64,000 nucleotides of DNA from Auanema rhodensis (GCA_964057225.1 OZ059899.1:7006001-7070000); one strand, 5' to 3'. Counted from the first letter of the stretch, positions 14,654 through 29,298 are shown. The notes: generated by a model not told the origin, from the letters alone. A program made the numbers and translations.

Positions 14654-17600
14654 ATCTACTTCCTTTGCTTACATCTAGTACATACCAAATTCAATGCAGA
14701 AAAAGTGAATATCCGGAAAATCTTCAAATCCAGATGAAATCCGAACACACTCAACTCATCTCACAATTGGTCCTTATAGTCATTTATGACAGTTATATTG
14801 AGGATAGGATTTTGGCTCAGAGACCTCGTCCAATGCTCCGCCCACTGTTTCTTCTTCCTGTCTATCTGTCCGGCAAACTGGACCTGATTGCCGGCCGGTC
14901 TGGTTCTTCTAGTGCTAGTCATCTTACATGTTATTCTCCTTTATCTCTCGCAACTACTTCATGCCCTTCTTAAGACACTAATTGCTATATCTGAATGGTC
15001 TCTTTTGACTATATTAATATAGTATTGCAATCATTGTCTTTTCATTATTATCAGAATAAAATCTTACATGATTTATAATAGTTTTAACTATTTTATTCCT
15101 CAAAAGGCTATATTCACTTTAAAAAATTTTACGATCATATGGTCTTAATTACGTCAATTAGTCGTAATCCTAATGGCATCTTCGATCTAATTCATTTTTT
15201 TCTAATCAATTTATAACTATATTAAGTAAATTCAGGCTATTCTCTCGTTTATTAGCATTTTTCTCTTTTAATTTGTTTAATTTGAACCTTTTTTTTACAA
15301 ATCATTTCAATTTGTTAATCAAAACATTCTACAATCTGTCATACTTTGCCTGGTCTTTTCATTTGTTCTATCATCTTTTATCTTATTTTGTACTACGTGA
15401 ATCATTAAAGCAACTATTTTAATGTATAGTTTATGAAAGAATAATACAAAACGCCGAGAAAAAATTAGTTTTGCAACATTTTAATTAAGAAATTATTTTA
15501 AATTTCTTTCGCGTCGTCGTTCCATATGATTCTTTGCATGAGCCCCTCGAAGGACACATTGCCGGACAATCGGTCTGAGGAAGTCACTGCGCAGACAGAT
15601 TGTTCCTTTCTACTTAATTAGTACGCTCTTGACGATTCTTCATTGGTTTGACATCGACGTCGTCGTCGTCGTCGTCATCGTTGACGTCTTCTCATCCCAC
15701 TACACTCCGCTGTGTCTTCTGCCTAGTTTGACTCTCTCCGTTCAATGTTTCTAATGAACAGAGACTTAATTAATAGTTGACTTGTCATCGAAGCTTTCAA
15801 CGATTCCAATAGTCTTGTTCTTCTTCAAATCAATTTTCAACACAAATTTTCTATTTCGAATTTTTTTTCTTAATTCATCATGTCTTTTGAATTGTTCGTT
15901 GATATAACTTTACCTTCTGCTTATTCTTTTTTATTGAACAACTAGGAATTATCATCTTCTCTCCCTTTTCCTCTCTCTCTCACCCTTTCTCCTCATCCTC
16001 ACATCTATCATATTCTTCTTTATTTTATTTTATCTGATATAACAGTCATTTGAACATTGTTCTGATTAGAGATGATTCAAAATTCACCTTTCAGCCAATC
16101 TTAACCATATGCAGCTTTGAATACGTTTGTCGTGATCGTCGTTCAGACTCTGAATCATATCCTCCTTAATCATCATTTAGAAGATGTTTTGTCTCGTTTT
16201 CAATTAACAATCCATAACTTTTTGTACTTTCTATGGAAATCATCCTATTCTTTTTATATTTTCATTTTCAATCCACAAAATGCTCATATATACGAAACAT
16301 TAAAACCTGCATATCATATCACTTCGTCATCTGATTTTCACTAACTACTTCTGTTTATGTACGTAGTAACCCGCACCAGCTTTGAGTGACGACTCAATTA
16401 TTCATATTTCCATCACCCTCTATCATCTAATATGGAAAACGGGAAGACGAAAGACGTTTTAGTCTTGAGTGTAATTTCGTTATAATTCTCGTCATCATCA
16501 TCATAATCATCGTCGTCATCATCTTTATTGCGTCTACCTGCAAACTGAAAACCACAACTATGATATTGATACTGATGATGTTATTAGTTTATGATTTGAA
16601 ATCTTTACTTAGCTTAGCTTGCTACACGCAATCTCAGTTATCAAGTTTTGTGCTTAAACAAGTAACTTGATGACGACGATGAAGTAGTATATATTCGACA
16701 AAAAAAAACAATTTTTATCATAGAAGATATATGAATATTTAAAATTTTATTTAGAATATGCCTTTATTTGTTTATTATAAATTAAAAAAAATAATGAAGC
16801 TTATAAAGACCAAATGAGGACATAAATATGTTTATTATGTTACGTTCAATATCATAATCCTATCATCTATGATTAGAAGGTTCCATGCTTAACACATAAC
16901 ATATAATATATGTTTTATGCGTTCTTTTCCTTTTCTTTCTTCTTTCTTTTTCTCATAAATTTCTATCAATTACTCTCTCTCTCTCTTTCCTTTACTAGCT
17001 CTCTTTATCTATTTCTCTCCTCTCTCTATCTTCCTCTTTATTCTAAACATTATGGCTTCATTACTCTGTATGAGTATAACAATATTTATTCAAATTTTCG
17101 TTAATCCTTTAATAATTTCATAATTTTCAAAACTTTTTTTACGGGTTCTATTCTACAGTGCTTCTATAAAATTTTTTATACATTCGTTCATTGATATATC
17201 AGCTATATAATACTTGATTCCAGCTCGTTATCAATTTCATTTATATAATATTTCAATCATACATGACTTGATTATATATGTTTATATAGCTGATTTATAA
17301 ATCTCAAAACATTAGATCACTTCTTAAATCCAGTTGAGATTATTAGAAGGCTCATCCTCTTTTCCGGTGCTCTCGATCTACCACTGTTCATATCTGAACT
17401 GAACCAAAAATCTGTATGAAAATCGTCTTAGAAATTAAGTGGACGAAGAAATACTTCAACTAATCGTCTTCTTAGGGTAATTAGCAGGTTTAGATAAGCT
17501 GTGATAAAAAAATCTCAACATTGAGAAGGAGGAAAAAAGAGAAAAAATTTATCGAAAGAGACCATTGAGCGGATATTTAAATGATCAGGAAAAGAGACAA

Positions 17601-20600
17601 GATTTAGTTGATATGTACGTAAATGATCATACTAATCTCCTTTTAGTTTTGTACAAGAAAAATAAGAAAAATTGCGAATTAAAAAACTATTTTTATCTTA
17701 TTTTTAGTTCTGATCATTAAGCTCACAATGGTCTAATTTATTCAAATACATATAGTTATATATTATAATCAACTTAAAAAGAAAACTAAATGATATATAA
17801 TATTTTCAATCTTATTCAATATAAAATAAAAGAAAATTTCAAAATATTTTCAAAATAGTTGAATAAATAGTTAAATTCAACAGACAATACTAATATCAAT
17901 AAGTGTTTAGAAATATATAGAATAGTATATGCATACATATATTTATAAATTTCATTTCCGAAGCCATGAATTGTTTCTCGGAGGAAAGCTCTTTTATTAA
18001 TATTAATCTGTATTTCTTTTTCAAGTTTTCAATATATAAGAACAGTGAGATTATTAATTTTCATCATTGTAAATTAACTTTTCTCTCTCCCATTTCCCTC
18101 CCCTCCCCCTACTCTCTCTCTCTCTCTCTCTCCCTCTCTCTCTCTTTATATATATATTTCGTTCTTGTTCATTACATCCATGTATGTATATGAATATATT
18201 ACAAACAAATATCTAAAATGAAAAAAAATATATTTTATTTTCTTTTCCCCTAATTCGACGCGAATCCTCTCACCCTCCTCATCTCTCGGAAAATTTTCAT
18301 TTCTTCATTCGAATTTTCTTTTTAAAAAAAATAAAAATCATCCATCCCCTTTTGCTTCTTCGTTATTTCCCCAATCTTATCCTCCTCAACTCTTCTTCTT
18401 CTCTCTCTTTAAGGATAATAATTCCATTCATTAAATCCTTCAATCAATTTTAATATTCAATAAATATGATTCCTCATTCATTTTATTACTAATTACTTAG
18501 TTTGCCTTCAATCTATATAGATTTTTGTACAAAAATATCGTTTACTCATAGAAGAACGAGATGAGTGACCAATGACTCACAGAACTGTTTTACAACCTAC
18601 AAAGCCTTGACGTTCTCTCGTTCTCTTTCCTCTATCTCTCTCACATTTCTCTTAATCTTTTCACCTTTCTTGACCATTTCCTCCTAAATCTTCAAACTCT
18701 CAATAACATTTTAACAAAATCTTGAGATCTATGAAGAATATATAGAGAGAAAGAGATATGAGAGCAATACCAATTGGCATAAACCGACATGTTACAACTA
18801 TGTTGACGATACAACATCTCATCAGCATTTCTTCAATAAATGTTTTTTTCTCAAAATTCTGTAATAGTTTGCAGCATTAATCCTTGTTCTGTATTATTAG
18901 ATGAGAAAAAGAAAAAATAGATAAATGCGCAATGGAACCGTTTATCGTAGTTGCAATTCTAATCGAATAAATAGTTCGATTGGTGCCCTAAGGCGTTTAT
19001 TCGTTCTGTAATCGCAATAGTTTCGACGATGAACTGTAATTTTTGTATAATCTTTGACGATATGTACTATTGCTGGTACACATCGGAGCAGACTGTTTGA
19101 TCATCATCTTCGAATGTCTGCGTCGTTCATTCGACACATCATACCTCATCATTAGCATTGCCAGCCTTCATCATCTGATCCAGTCGTCTGTTTAATGAGT
19201 CGACGACACACCTCCCCAATCATCTTCCATCTATATGAGGTCATTAAACAGTTCACCAGAAATTTAGTTATTCATTTGAATCATCAACTGACCGTCTGCA
19301 TGTATATGCTATGTTACACCTGTACGTTTAGCTAATTATCCGTGTGGTTAATGGGTTTCAACTAGATTCAGTAGTCATTCGGCCTGACCACCCAACCTGA
19401 CAATCACCTATTCCAAAACATTTCAAACGATTTTGTCTCATTTCTCTTATGTCAACTTTCTTAATTCAATTTTTTAAAAATTATAATAAAACCTCGTATA
19501 TACACTTCCTTCTAGTTTATAAAACCATCAATTACATTTTATTATTTATTCTTTTTTCTATAGTAATCATAAGAATTTTTTTTATTTAAAACTATTATTA
19601 TATAGTTAGTTTATCAGCAATATAATAGTTCTTTTCCGCTTAAAAAATTGTTGATAAACTATTGAAAAAACTTAAAACTGGTGCTTATACTAAATATTAT
19701 AATCATAATTAGCCGTTACAACCACTCAAATAATCGAACGTTTCAAATATAATTCACTAATTAATAGTTATATCTATGAATATGCAGATATACTGCAAAA
19801 TATCTAGATTAACATTCATTTTATTATTTTTTTCTAATACACTCTTCAATTATATTTCGAATATTTTGTCGTTATTTTTCAATTAGAATTGTCTTTTTGA
19901 ATAATAGATCACCTCCTTCATCTCCTATATAATATCTTTTGAAAGTTTCAAATATTAAAATCATTTTCATTTATAATATTATAATTTAACAAATTTATTA
20001 TAAAATAATCCTTTTTAACTGAAAAATATATATTCATTTAACATTTTATTATTTTGAATTTTTTATTTGAGACTTTGGTACTTAAATATTTTTATAATTT
20101 TATATGATATATCAATTTATTTTATAGTTAAGTTTATCTTGAATTTAATTTATTTGAATAATTAAGCTTATAATTACTTAAAAGTAGGTGTTGAAAAAGG
20201 GAAACACAAGATATATAACGAACTTTTCAAAAAATTATCTCATGAAATCTAATGATATTCTATCGTCTCCCTTCGTTCATGTTATCAACTAAAGCTATTA
20301 CATTAGTTATTTATCTCCTCGTATTTGCCCATTTTTAATTTATCCAATTACTCCCGTTGGGGCTTCTGCTATGCTTGCCAAAACAGTTATAATTTGCTAA
20401 TGTTCACGCGGCAGAAGCAGCCTTACATGTCTATCTATATATAGACATCCAATCCTTCAAGCCGTTTCTGTCATATACATCCAAAGGTTTTTTTATCCTC
20501 TTCTTCTACTCATCTCTTTCTCTCTCAAATGCTCTCTTACACTCCCGCTCATTCTCCCTTTATCGCATTTTTTCAGCTTCGTGTTGTTGTTGTATTATTA

Positions 20601-23600
20601 CAATTAGGGAAAAGCACATGCGTCGTAACCTCTATGAAACAAGAATTTCAAATATTTTTAGGCTTTATCTATAACTATACTATCATTTAACTATTATGCT
20701 TAGTAGTTATGGGATTTATAGAGTATTATGGAAAGTTTCAAAGAAAAAAAACATATATTGTGCATTGAGAAGCAAGTACATCAGATACGGAACCGCTTTT
20801 GTACTTCCTTTTATTCAGGAAATATGGGATTTATGTGATTTGCGTGAAAGTTTTGAATGGCATTTCAATTAATCATTATGTTCATCTAACGCTAAATTAT
20901 CTAAAAAATGGCTGAAGGTATGTTTAGCAATAACGCTATACATTAAGAAATCATTATGCCATGTTATACATTAGAATCTTCTAAATGACGCAAATCTCTT
21001 CTTCTTTAGTGTCGGTATGCTCTTATATTTTGATGTCATGCTGTCCACTTGATAGTAATACCATTTCTATAACTCAAATTTGCACGCTTACATCTCCAAC
21101 TACCTCATCTTTCTTTTCCTTTTTTTTCTATCTATCTATCATCTCCACTATCTTCACAATCTCTAACTCCCTTTGAGGGCTCGAAATTTTTGTCAAAAAC
21201 AACCAAATTTATTGGCTAAATTAAATTGAGAAATCTTTATAAATATACATATTTTGCATTTATTTTTTTATTACTCTCACTTTTTTTCTTTCCTCCCTCT
21301 TAGTTTTTCATTATTTTTCAATGTCTCTAGTTTATTTAGCTAAATATACGTAATGATCAAGCTCGTCAAAAACGACCCCAAGAGATTCTGTTTAGTATAA
21401 GCCAAGCATTTTTTTATTCATTTTCTTAGGTTTTTTCCTCATTACTTTGCATGTCTTCCCGTTTTGACATCGTCTTTTTTCTATTTATTTGTTTTCATTT
21501 GTATTATCGTTTTCACTACGAAGAACTTTTGGATACAGTCAATTCAATGGCTTCAACCTCATCTTCAATCTTTTTTGTCATCCATTGTTATCTTCAAGTT
21601 ATAGATCATTTGAATGATAATATTATATTATACTTATATGTATATTTATTTATTAATCATATGATATAATCTTATATAGATATCTATTTATCTACATTTA
21701 GATTTTAACAAGATTTTATAAGAATTCATATTCATTATTTAAGATTTTCACGAAAGCTTAGATGATGCTGATGATGATGATGATGATGCTCATGATGATG
21801 GTAATAGAAACAATGAGAATCAGATGAGTAGAAGTGTTACCAAATAAGAGAATACATGACGAGAATGGTAAATCGAGAAAAGGGATAAAAGAAGTGTATG
21901 TAAGTGGAAAAGCACATAAAGTTGGAGAAACAATTACGTAAAAGCATCTCACTATTTTTCTTTTCATTTATCAATAAAATTGATATGAATAAGCATATGC
22001 GTACATATATCTGAAGCAATATATATAAATATAATATTTTTTTTTATTAATATATAGATATATCAATATATCAATATATATTTATATTTATATATATATA
22101 TATATATATATATTCATATATACATATCAATATATATAGCGTGTCTATAGATTGCTTAATTTCCTATCATTTGAAATGTATTTCTTCTCAAGACCGCCTT
22201 TAATTGCATTTATTGCAGTACGTATATCAAGTTATATTGGCCTAAGAGAAGAAGAGAGAGACATCCAAACTATTGAAGCAAAATGAGAGAGGAAGGATAT
22301 TAGTGAACTTCATGATATTAGGAAGAATATGTGAGATCTAACACAAATTCACGTAAAATTTCTTAATATTTCCTCATTTTATTTCTTTTTTTTTAATTCC
22401 TCTCTTCAAATTATAATTCATTTGTTCAGCTGGGAGAGTAGTTCCTATATTCTTCGCACCTTATTTAGATGTTGCTCATGAACTAGCTAAAGAGAGTCAA
22501 ACCTAAATTAAGCACAAAGAGATAGATAAAGAGCATGGCACGGAGGGAAAAGGAGAAAAATTGAGCATCCGGTTACAGGTCGGCTAGCTGGCATGGCTTG
22601 GTACATGTTAGAGGGAGCTCTTGCTTCTGGGACCATCATGCTCCTCCTACCAGGTCCTTTATATCTCTTCCTCTCTCCTCTGTTTATATTTTATTCTCTT
22701 ATACTTTTCATATCCTTACTAAGTTTTTTTCTCATTGTTTCTACAAAATATTCTTATCATCTCACATTGACATGTGTTTTCCATAAAAATTATAATTAAT
22801 GGAATAGTCTACCATTAATAGAAATGATTGATGAGATACAAACAAGACATCATAGAATTCCTTAATTTCCATCAAGTTAACCGTTGTTATCATCATGTTC
22901 TATCTAACTCTCACATCTTCATGCTCCTTGTCATTCCATAATTAGCTTGTCATCGATATTAATCTATCTCATTTATGGATTGAGACACCTGTCCAGAAAG
23001 CTTACCTCTCATTTATCATTTATGCTAATTTTTTGGGCTACACGACCTAGTAAAGCCTACCTATATCTAATACACCTCCGTTTAAACCTCATAGACAACA
23101 TTTTCCTCACTTTCAATTCAAACATCACACCAATTAAGGTGTCTCGTATTCAGATGACTTGCCTCGATCCCAGTGGCAAAGCACCAATTTGGATAATTGG
23201 TGTTAGACTTGTTAAGATAGTTTGCGCCTCCCCCCATTCCATACAAGCTTTTCGGCATATTTGGATATTCCTAAGCTGCTATTCCTGTACTATGCCGATA
23301 TTCTATTTTAATATAAGCCTTTATTATCAAAGTATTGTAATTTAATTGGCTTTTAACAATAATCTTTTTTATCTTTCTAATAACAATTATTCTTTTCTTT
23401 TCTTAAATATTTATAATATTATATGTTATGAACTATTTCATGTTTTACTCATGTTAATTATTTCTTTGAACATCTGAATATCATTCAGTCTTTGCCATTT
23501 CTTTCCTTATTCTATTTTTTTAATTTTCTCTATATTTCTTGTCATCAGCTATTTGCTTTCCTCAATTTACGTTCGTGTAATTATTATCGTTGCTCTCGGT

Positions 23601-23666
23601 TTTATTTCTCGTCGTCTTCTCTTTCCACCTTTTGAATTTTTATCTTTTTTTTTTCCAGATACTTGT

Positions 23667-26600
23667 ATGCCAGTCATTGACGACTTTGAACAGACGACAA
23701 ACGGAGTTAACGATAAGTACGGAAACATCATGAACATGGCTCAACTCCTGAGATATTCGGCTACCAATGATTTGTCAACGACTATGCAAAAGCAGTTGGA
23801 ACAACTAGCTCAGTTCTCTCCTCAACTTTTTGGATCCCAAGCTTCTTCTGTTGCTCCATTCACTAGCAGCTTTGCCATCGCCGCTTTAACTAAACAAGAA
23901 CCTGAAGATCAATCCAAAGACCAAGAAGATCGTAAGCCAACTACACCATCACCTGTGCACGGTAATTTGGAACTTCCATTCATCGGCAACAAACTAGAAC
24001 TGTTTACAGTTGCTCATGAATCCACACCATCTGTGTCGGCTGATCGTGAGTCAACTCCTGAAGCTGGATGTGCTAGTCCTGACGATGAGAATGGAAAACG
24101 AAAGCAGAGAAGGTAACACAATTCAGATCTTTAGTTTCAACTTATTTATTTAATTAATTTAGATATCGCACTACATTCAGTGCCTATCAACTTGATGAAC
24201 TGGAAAAAGTCTTCAGAAATACACATTATCCAGATGTTTTTACTAGGTTAGTATAGTTACTCAATTCAAAAATTCAAAAACTCACACCAATTTTATTGGA
24301 TTTTTCTTTGATTTCTTTGGGTACAAGAATAAATAAAATAGGATATCTAATATTTGGCGAAAACAAATAAGTTTAGGCTCAGTTTCTAACTCAAGTAACA
24401 AGTTTGAAATGAAGCTGGTTTAGTAGATTAGTTAAATTGCTTCCCCCTCATGCTTTAGTGCCAACTTAATCATGATAGGTGAAAGCTCTAGAATTTGGAT
24501 GAGATATTAGTGACACATCGTTTTCAATCAAATTGAAGAAGATGCTAACATTGTTATAACATTATCCTTTATGCTTCATACTTGTATGTTGGTTGTAACA
24601 CCTACATCAGAAAAGCGTAGATGTGTGATGATTTACCCGTTAGGATCTGTTATATGCGCATGCGCATGTTAATCCATGCGTCTTCTGATTCATAAAGTCC
24701 GTGACAATGCTTGTAGCAGTTAGCCATAAGCATCGTCGGCTTTTGTCACTGCGAGACATAGTATCCGGAATTGCCAGTGGTGTCTGAATAGAAAGTCACG
24801 GCCATCGGTCAATTCAAACAACTGTTTGATGGCAATTAGCCACGTAGTCAAATGACATAATGTGACATAATTAGAAATATTTCAATATTTGGCGTATGTT
24901 ACAGTTAAAATTCACATGAGCCTATGTACATTTGAAAAATTTCAAGGTCGAACATCGTGTTATTGCAACCGCTCTAAAACACATCAACTGCGAAAATAAA
25001 AATTAACTAGCTGCATTTGGCTTTGCGTGTGTCACTGTTCACGTAAAAACGTGAGTTGTGTATATTATGACATCAAAGATGCCGAACAATTACCATGAAA
25101 TCCAGAAGCTAGATGTCTTTTTACAGTCACGATTTCAATAAAGCCATGTTCGATCGTTGTTTGCGAAGTATATGATATCAGCATACTTTCGTTAATTCTG
25201 GACAATGCTCTATCCAGATTTCTGCTTATCCCTCATTCTTTTAATTGTTATTTTCTATTTTATATATCAGCTCATCAATAGGATAAAATAGAATCCTACG
25301 ATTTATTTTCTGAAGAAAACAACAAGATGATGTCTTTCGCTCCTGGCATCATCGTTTACGAACATTGTTCATCAATTAACGTCAATTTACGATTGGAAAC
25401 ACAAGATATCGGGTAGCCGTGTTGCATGTGTGGCGTCCAATGATGGTCGTCAGAGACAGATGGAAGATAGGAGAGAGGGGACAATAGATACAGCTTTTCA
25501 AAGAGGACAACGTCCATTCAGACTATATGAACAGTGCTCTATGAAAAATTCTATATAAAAAATGAAAAAATTCAATTTGATCTCAGCAAGCTGATGTGGA
25601 TTTATCTATGTGTGCAAGATGAAGAAAATCTCAGCCATAAAGAGCACTAGCATGATGATGATGTCGTTCAGAAGGCTTAGATCTACTCACGTATGCATCT
25701 TTCATTAGTGGCAAAACTGAAGAGGCGCAGTATCAGAAGCAGTAGCACATACAAGCAACCCGAATAATCGACATCATCAGCAATCGTTCTCAAGCTATTA
25801 ATTAATAATTAATATTAATTATACATGAACGAATATTAGTTTATACCTGGATTCTTGTCGTTTTCACTTACCTCCCAAAGATTATTATGAGAACTGGATG
25901 AAGACGTGCAAAACCGAGTTGAGAGAGGGGAGAAAGAAACGGAAGTTGTTAGCCTAAAGGGATTGAGGCATTTCAACCTCAAAATTTATTACTTGCAATT
26001 ACTTTAGAAAACAAATTAGAGAATCAAATATTGTTAATTACAGAAACAATTCCCTTTAATTCCCATTATTAGCATTCAAATGAATGTTAATTCATAAAAC
26101 GACTTATTATGATCTACAATTCTACAAGTCGGAGCTCTTTAGCTCAAACATCGAAAATAACCGATTCATTTCATAATTAGCCATAATGATTCTCAGAAGC
26201 TCTTAGATAGCTAATTAAATAAACGACTTCCGTAGCCGAAAGAAAAGGACACGGAAGACAGGCCACCTGTTAAGCCTTCTTTTCTATATCTACCCTCCTT
26301 ATATCCTATCTAAGAGCGGGCTCTCAAGCTCTAGGTCACAACACATAACAACCAAGAAAGAAGCCTAGAATTCGATACAGAAGAAATACGTTACAGTCAT
26401 CTTCAATAACAATTTTCCAATACTTAAGCTGTAAGGAGAAAAGCTTTTTTGGAGTATTTGTTATAATCATATGAAACGATTCATATTAGTTAACCATGAA
26501 ACAAACAGTTTCCTCTTTCCCTCTCTATCTCAACCTCCTTGTCTCAAACGATTCTTTCTTTTTACGATTTCTGATGAGGCAGTTAGACAAATTGAGAAGA

Positions 26601-28632
26601 ATTTTGACCAACAGCAAAGGGGGTGGAGGGGACTTTTCCTATTTAAACCACATAGAAAGAGATTTCAATTCATCAAATCACAACAAAACCAAAGGGAAAA
26701 TTGAAAATTCTTCTTGATACTAGCTAAAAAAGTTTATGCCAAATACAACTTATCAATTTAAGAATGACAGTTGTGTATACTAAGGAATCACAAATTATAT
26801 TAGTAATTTGAATCATATACACATAGTTAATCTTAGCATAATATATTAATATATAATATATTAGTAAAGCAATAACTTTATCCAGAAAACTTATCCAAAT
26901 ATAAGAAAATTGGCCCGAATATGAATATAGAAAAATATTTTTTACTTCGAAATTTTTCTTTTAATTGCCTAAATTTCCCAATTTTCAGAGAAGATCTAGC
27001 ATCCCGCGTTCAACTGACGGAAGCCCGAGTTCAGGTTAGTAGTTTAGCTTGTTTTTTATATAATAAAATATAAATTGAACGAAAATATTTTGAATTTTAT
27101 AAATACGAATAAACATCTCTCACGGGGATGCTATGTAAAACTAATTAAGAATCTATTTGCCAAAATGTTAAATGAAATTTATCTTAGCTTTGATAGAATG
27201 AACAGCATATAAATATAATTAATTGTTTTTATTTCTGTCTATATTTAACTGTAATTACCATAATCATCAGATAAGATTTAACCGAAAATATGTGAGTGAC
27301 ATCTGAAGTATACCGTTTGACACCGACAAGTTGCATAAGTGTTAAATCCTTTTCTTTTTTTTATCTTGTCTTCGGTCCGTCATCATCTTTGTCATCATCT
27401 ATCCAGCTTGTGCACTCAGCGTGAAGCAATATAACAGCCTGCTGTGATGACATTGAGCATCTTATCGAAAAGAAATATCTTAAGCAGATTCACCTGTTTC
27501 TGCTTAAGTATTACCGAATAAGATTTGGTAATTGAATGGTCAATGTTTCTCCTTATGATCATGTTATAATTACACCCACGTATAATTTAAAATTAACCAA
27601 TATAAGTTATTAAAGGGATTCAAGGTTTTTATAAATCCTCCCGCATGCAAATTTACCAAATTATGGCGATCCGAGATTCATAATTAGCGAGAGAAATCTA
27701 ATATAGCGTTTATTGAATAAATTAAAAGGGAATATTTTTAAACGATTTACTAATCTTCTTTTCTTTTAGGTTTGGTTCCAAAATCGTCGAGCAAAATTCC
27801 GTAAACAAGAACGATCTAGCAATCATCACCCATACTCACATCCTAGTCTTATTCGTAAGTTTTAAATATCTTGCTTTTGTAATATAAATTTATATAAATT
27901 ATTAATATAATTTATTTAAGCTGGTGGAAGTACCCTTCAAGATGCCCTACATCCATTAAATCTTGTAAATCAAGATTTGGTTATGGCTATGACACAACAT
28001 GCCGCAGCAAATGCTGCATTAGGTTAGTTATTTCCCATATCTATTAACAAAATTTTAAATCAATGCATATTAAGAGTATATAAGCGTAATTTTAATCAAA
28101 TATTTTAGCTGCTGAAACAATGAACCTCATGAATCCCGGAGTTAGTGCCTTAGCTGCTGCAGCTCGACGATCACAATCGCCACCCCGCTCAACAGCATCT
28201 GCTAATGCATCAGCATCTTCTATTATTTCTCCAGTTTTGCCATTCAATCTTGCTGGTAAGTTAAATTCTAAAAGTTTCAAACAAGCTAAATCCGACAAAG
28301 AGTTGTATTTAACTTCTTTTTTTCAGACACTAGCGCTCTATCTATGATGATCATGCAACAACCAACCTTGATGTACATGCAATGGGCTAAGGCTATGGAA
28401 GCTATGAAGCAACAGCAGCCTACTACATCATCTACTCAAGTGCCAGCCACTCCAAATTCACAAGCAAGCAAACTAATTCCATAGAACTTACTTATTAAAT
28501 ATTTTTCAGTCGACGCCAACCAGCTCATCTAGCCCGGTGTCACCTCAACAAGACGGAGCTGCCAGCCCAAGCAACAATGGCTCTCCAGTTAATAACTTTT
28601 CTGATTTGACAAGTCTAATCAAAAAAGATTAA
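23667..28632 (+). CDS. alr-1: Aristaless/ARX-like paired-class (Q50) homeobox transcription factor. Exons approx. 23667-24112, 24163-24246, 26989-27034, 27770-27854, 27921-28022, 28109-28255, 28327-28463, 28510-28632
   Basis: Spliced translation gives [64 protein letters not shown]. The KQRRYRTTF and HYPDVFTRE motifs are aristaless-type, and the Q|VWFQN intron is typical of the PRD class. An N-terminal eh1-like FAIAAL is present. The ATG lies 8 nt after a TTTTCCAG acceptor; stop TAA at 28630-28632. Confidence 0.93.
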
Positions 28633-29137
28633 ATAATCATCAAGCGCCAATTAAATATTAAAAATATTAAAATAAAGTATTACCAATTTTATGTCATTTT
28701 AAAGATTTTATACTTTCATTATATAGATCTGTTTCCGGTGTAATTAACATCTTTTGCATTTAACTTTGTGAAAATTCTTACCATTTTACTCATTTGTACT
28801 GTATTTTTTTATTTGCTAACTATGTTTTACGGTAGAATATGTTGCTTTATACAATTATTATGTTATATTCCACTGCTGATCTCTGCTTTTTCTGCCGCAG
28901 TGATCATAATTGCCTGATTTGGACTTCTTGAAAAAGCCTTAAGATAATAAAAAAAAAGCCCTGCAGCAAATAATGAATGCAATAATCAACTTGCCTCTCC
29001 CTTACTCAAACCTATCTCTCCCGACCCCCCCCCCCCCCTTCTTTCTTTCTCGCCCCTCTATCTCGACAAGCAATATTGTATGGTTAGAGCTTATCCTCGT
29101 GTGTCGCTTAGTTTGTTGATGTTTAGACTTTTTTCTT

Positions 29138-29166
29138 AATAAAAATATTCTTTTTAAAAATTTATT
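29138..29166. terminator. Back-to-back polyadenylation signals of convergent alr-1 (+) and mppa-1 (-)
   Basis: AATAAA at 29138-29143 on + and TTTATT at 29161-29166 (AATAAA on -), between the two stop codons. Confidence 0.45.
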
Positions 29167-29298
29167 TGTTAATCATTATGAGATCTGTACATGCAAGATA
29201 AATAACAGTAACAAAAAACAACTAATAATCTCTGAATAACAAACAAATGACCACGTTTGCCAGTTGGTTATGATAATATTTTTAAATCTAAGAATAAG

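Noticed and set aside
676-23345. Many 60-165 aa ORFs in the supplied track (e.g. 12106-12600, 14476-14973, 22947-23345)
   Set aside because: F/L/S/I-rich translations of AT/CT-rich DNA or microsatellites, often with non-ATG starts; no domain motifs or splice-consistent exon chains.
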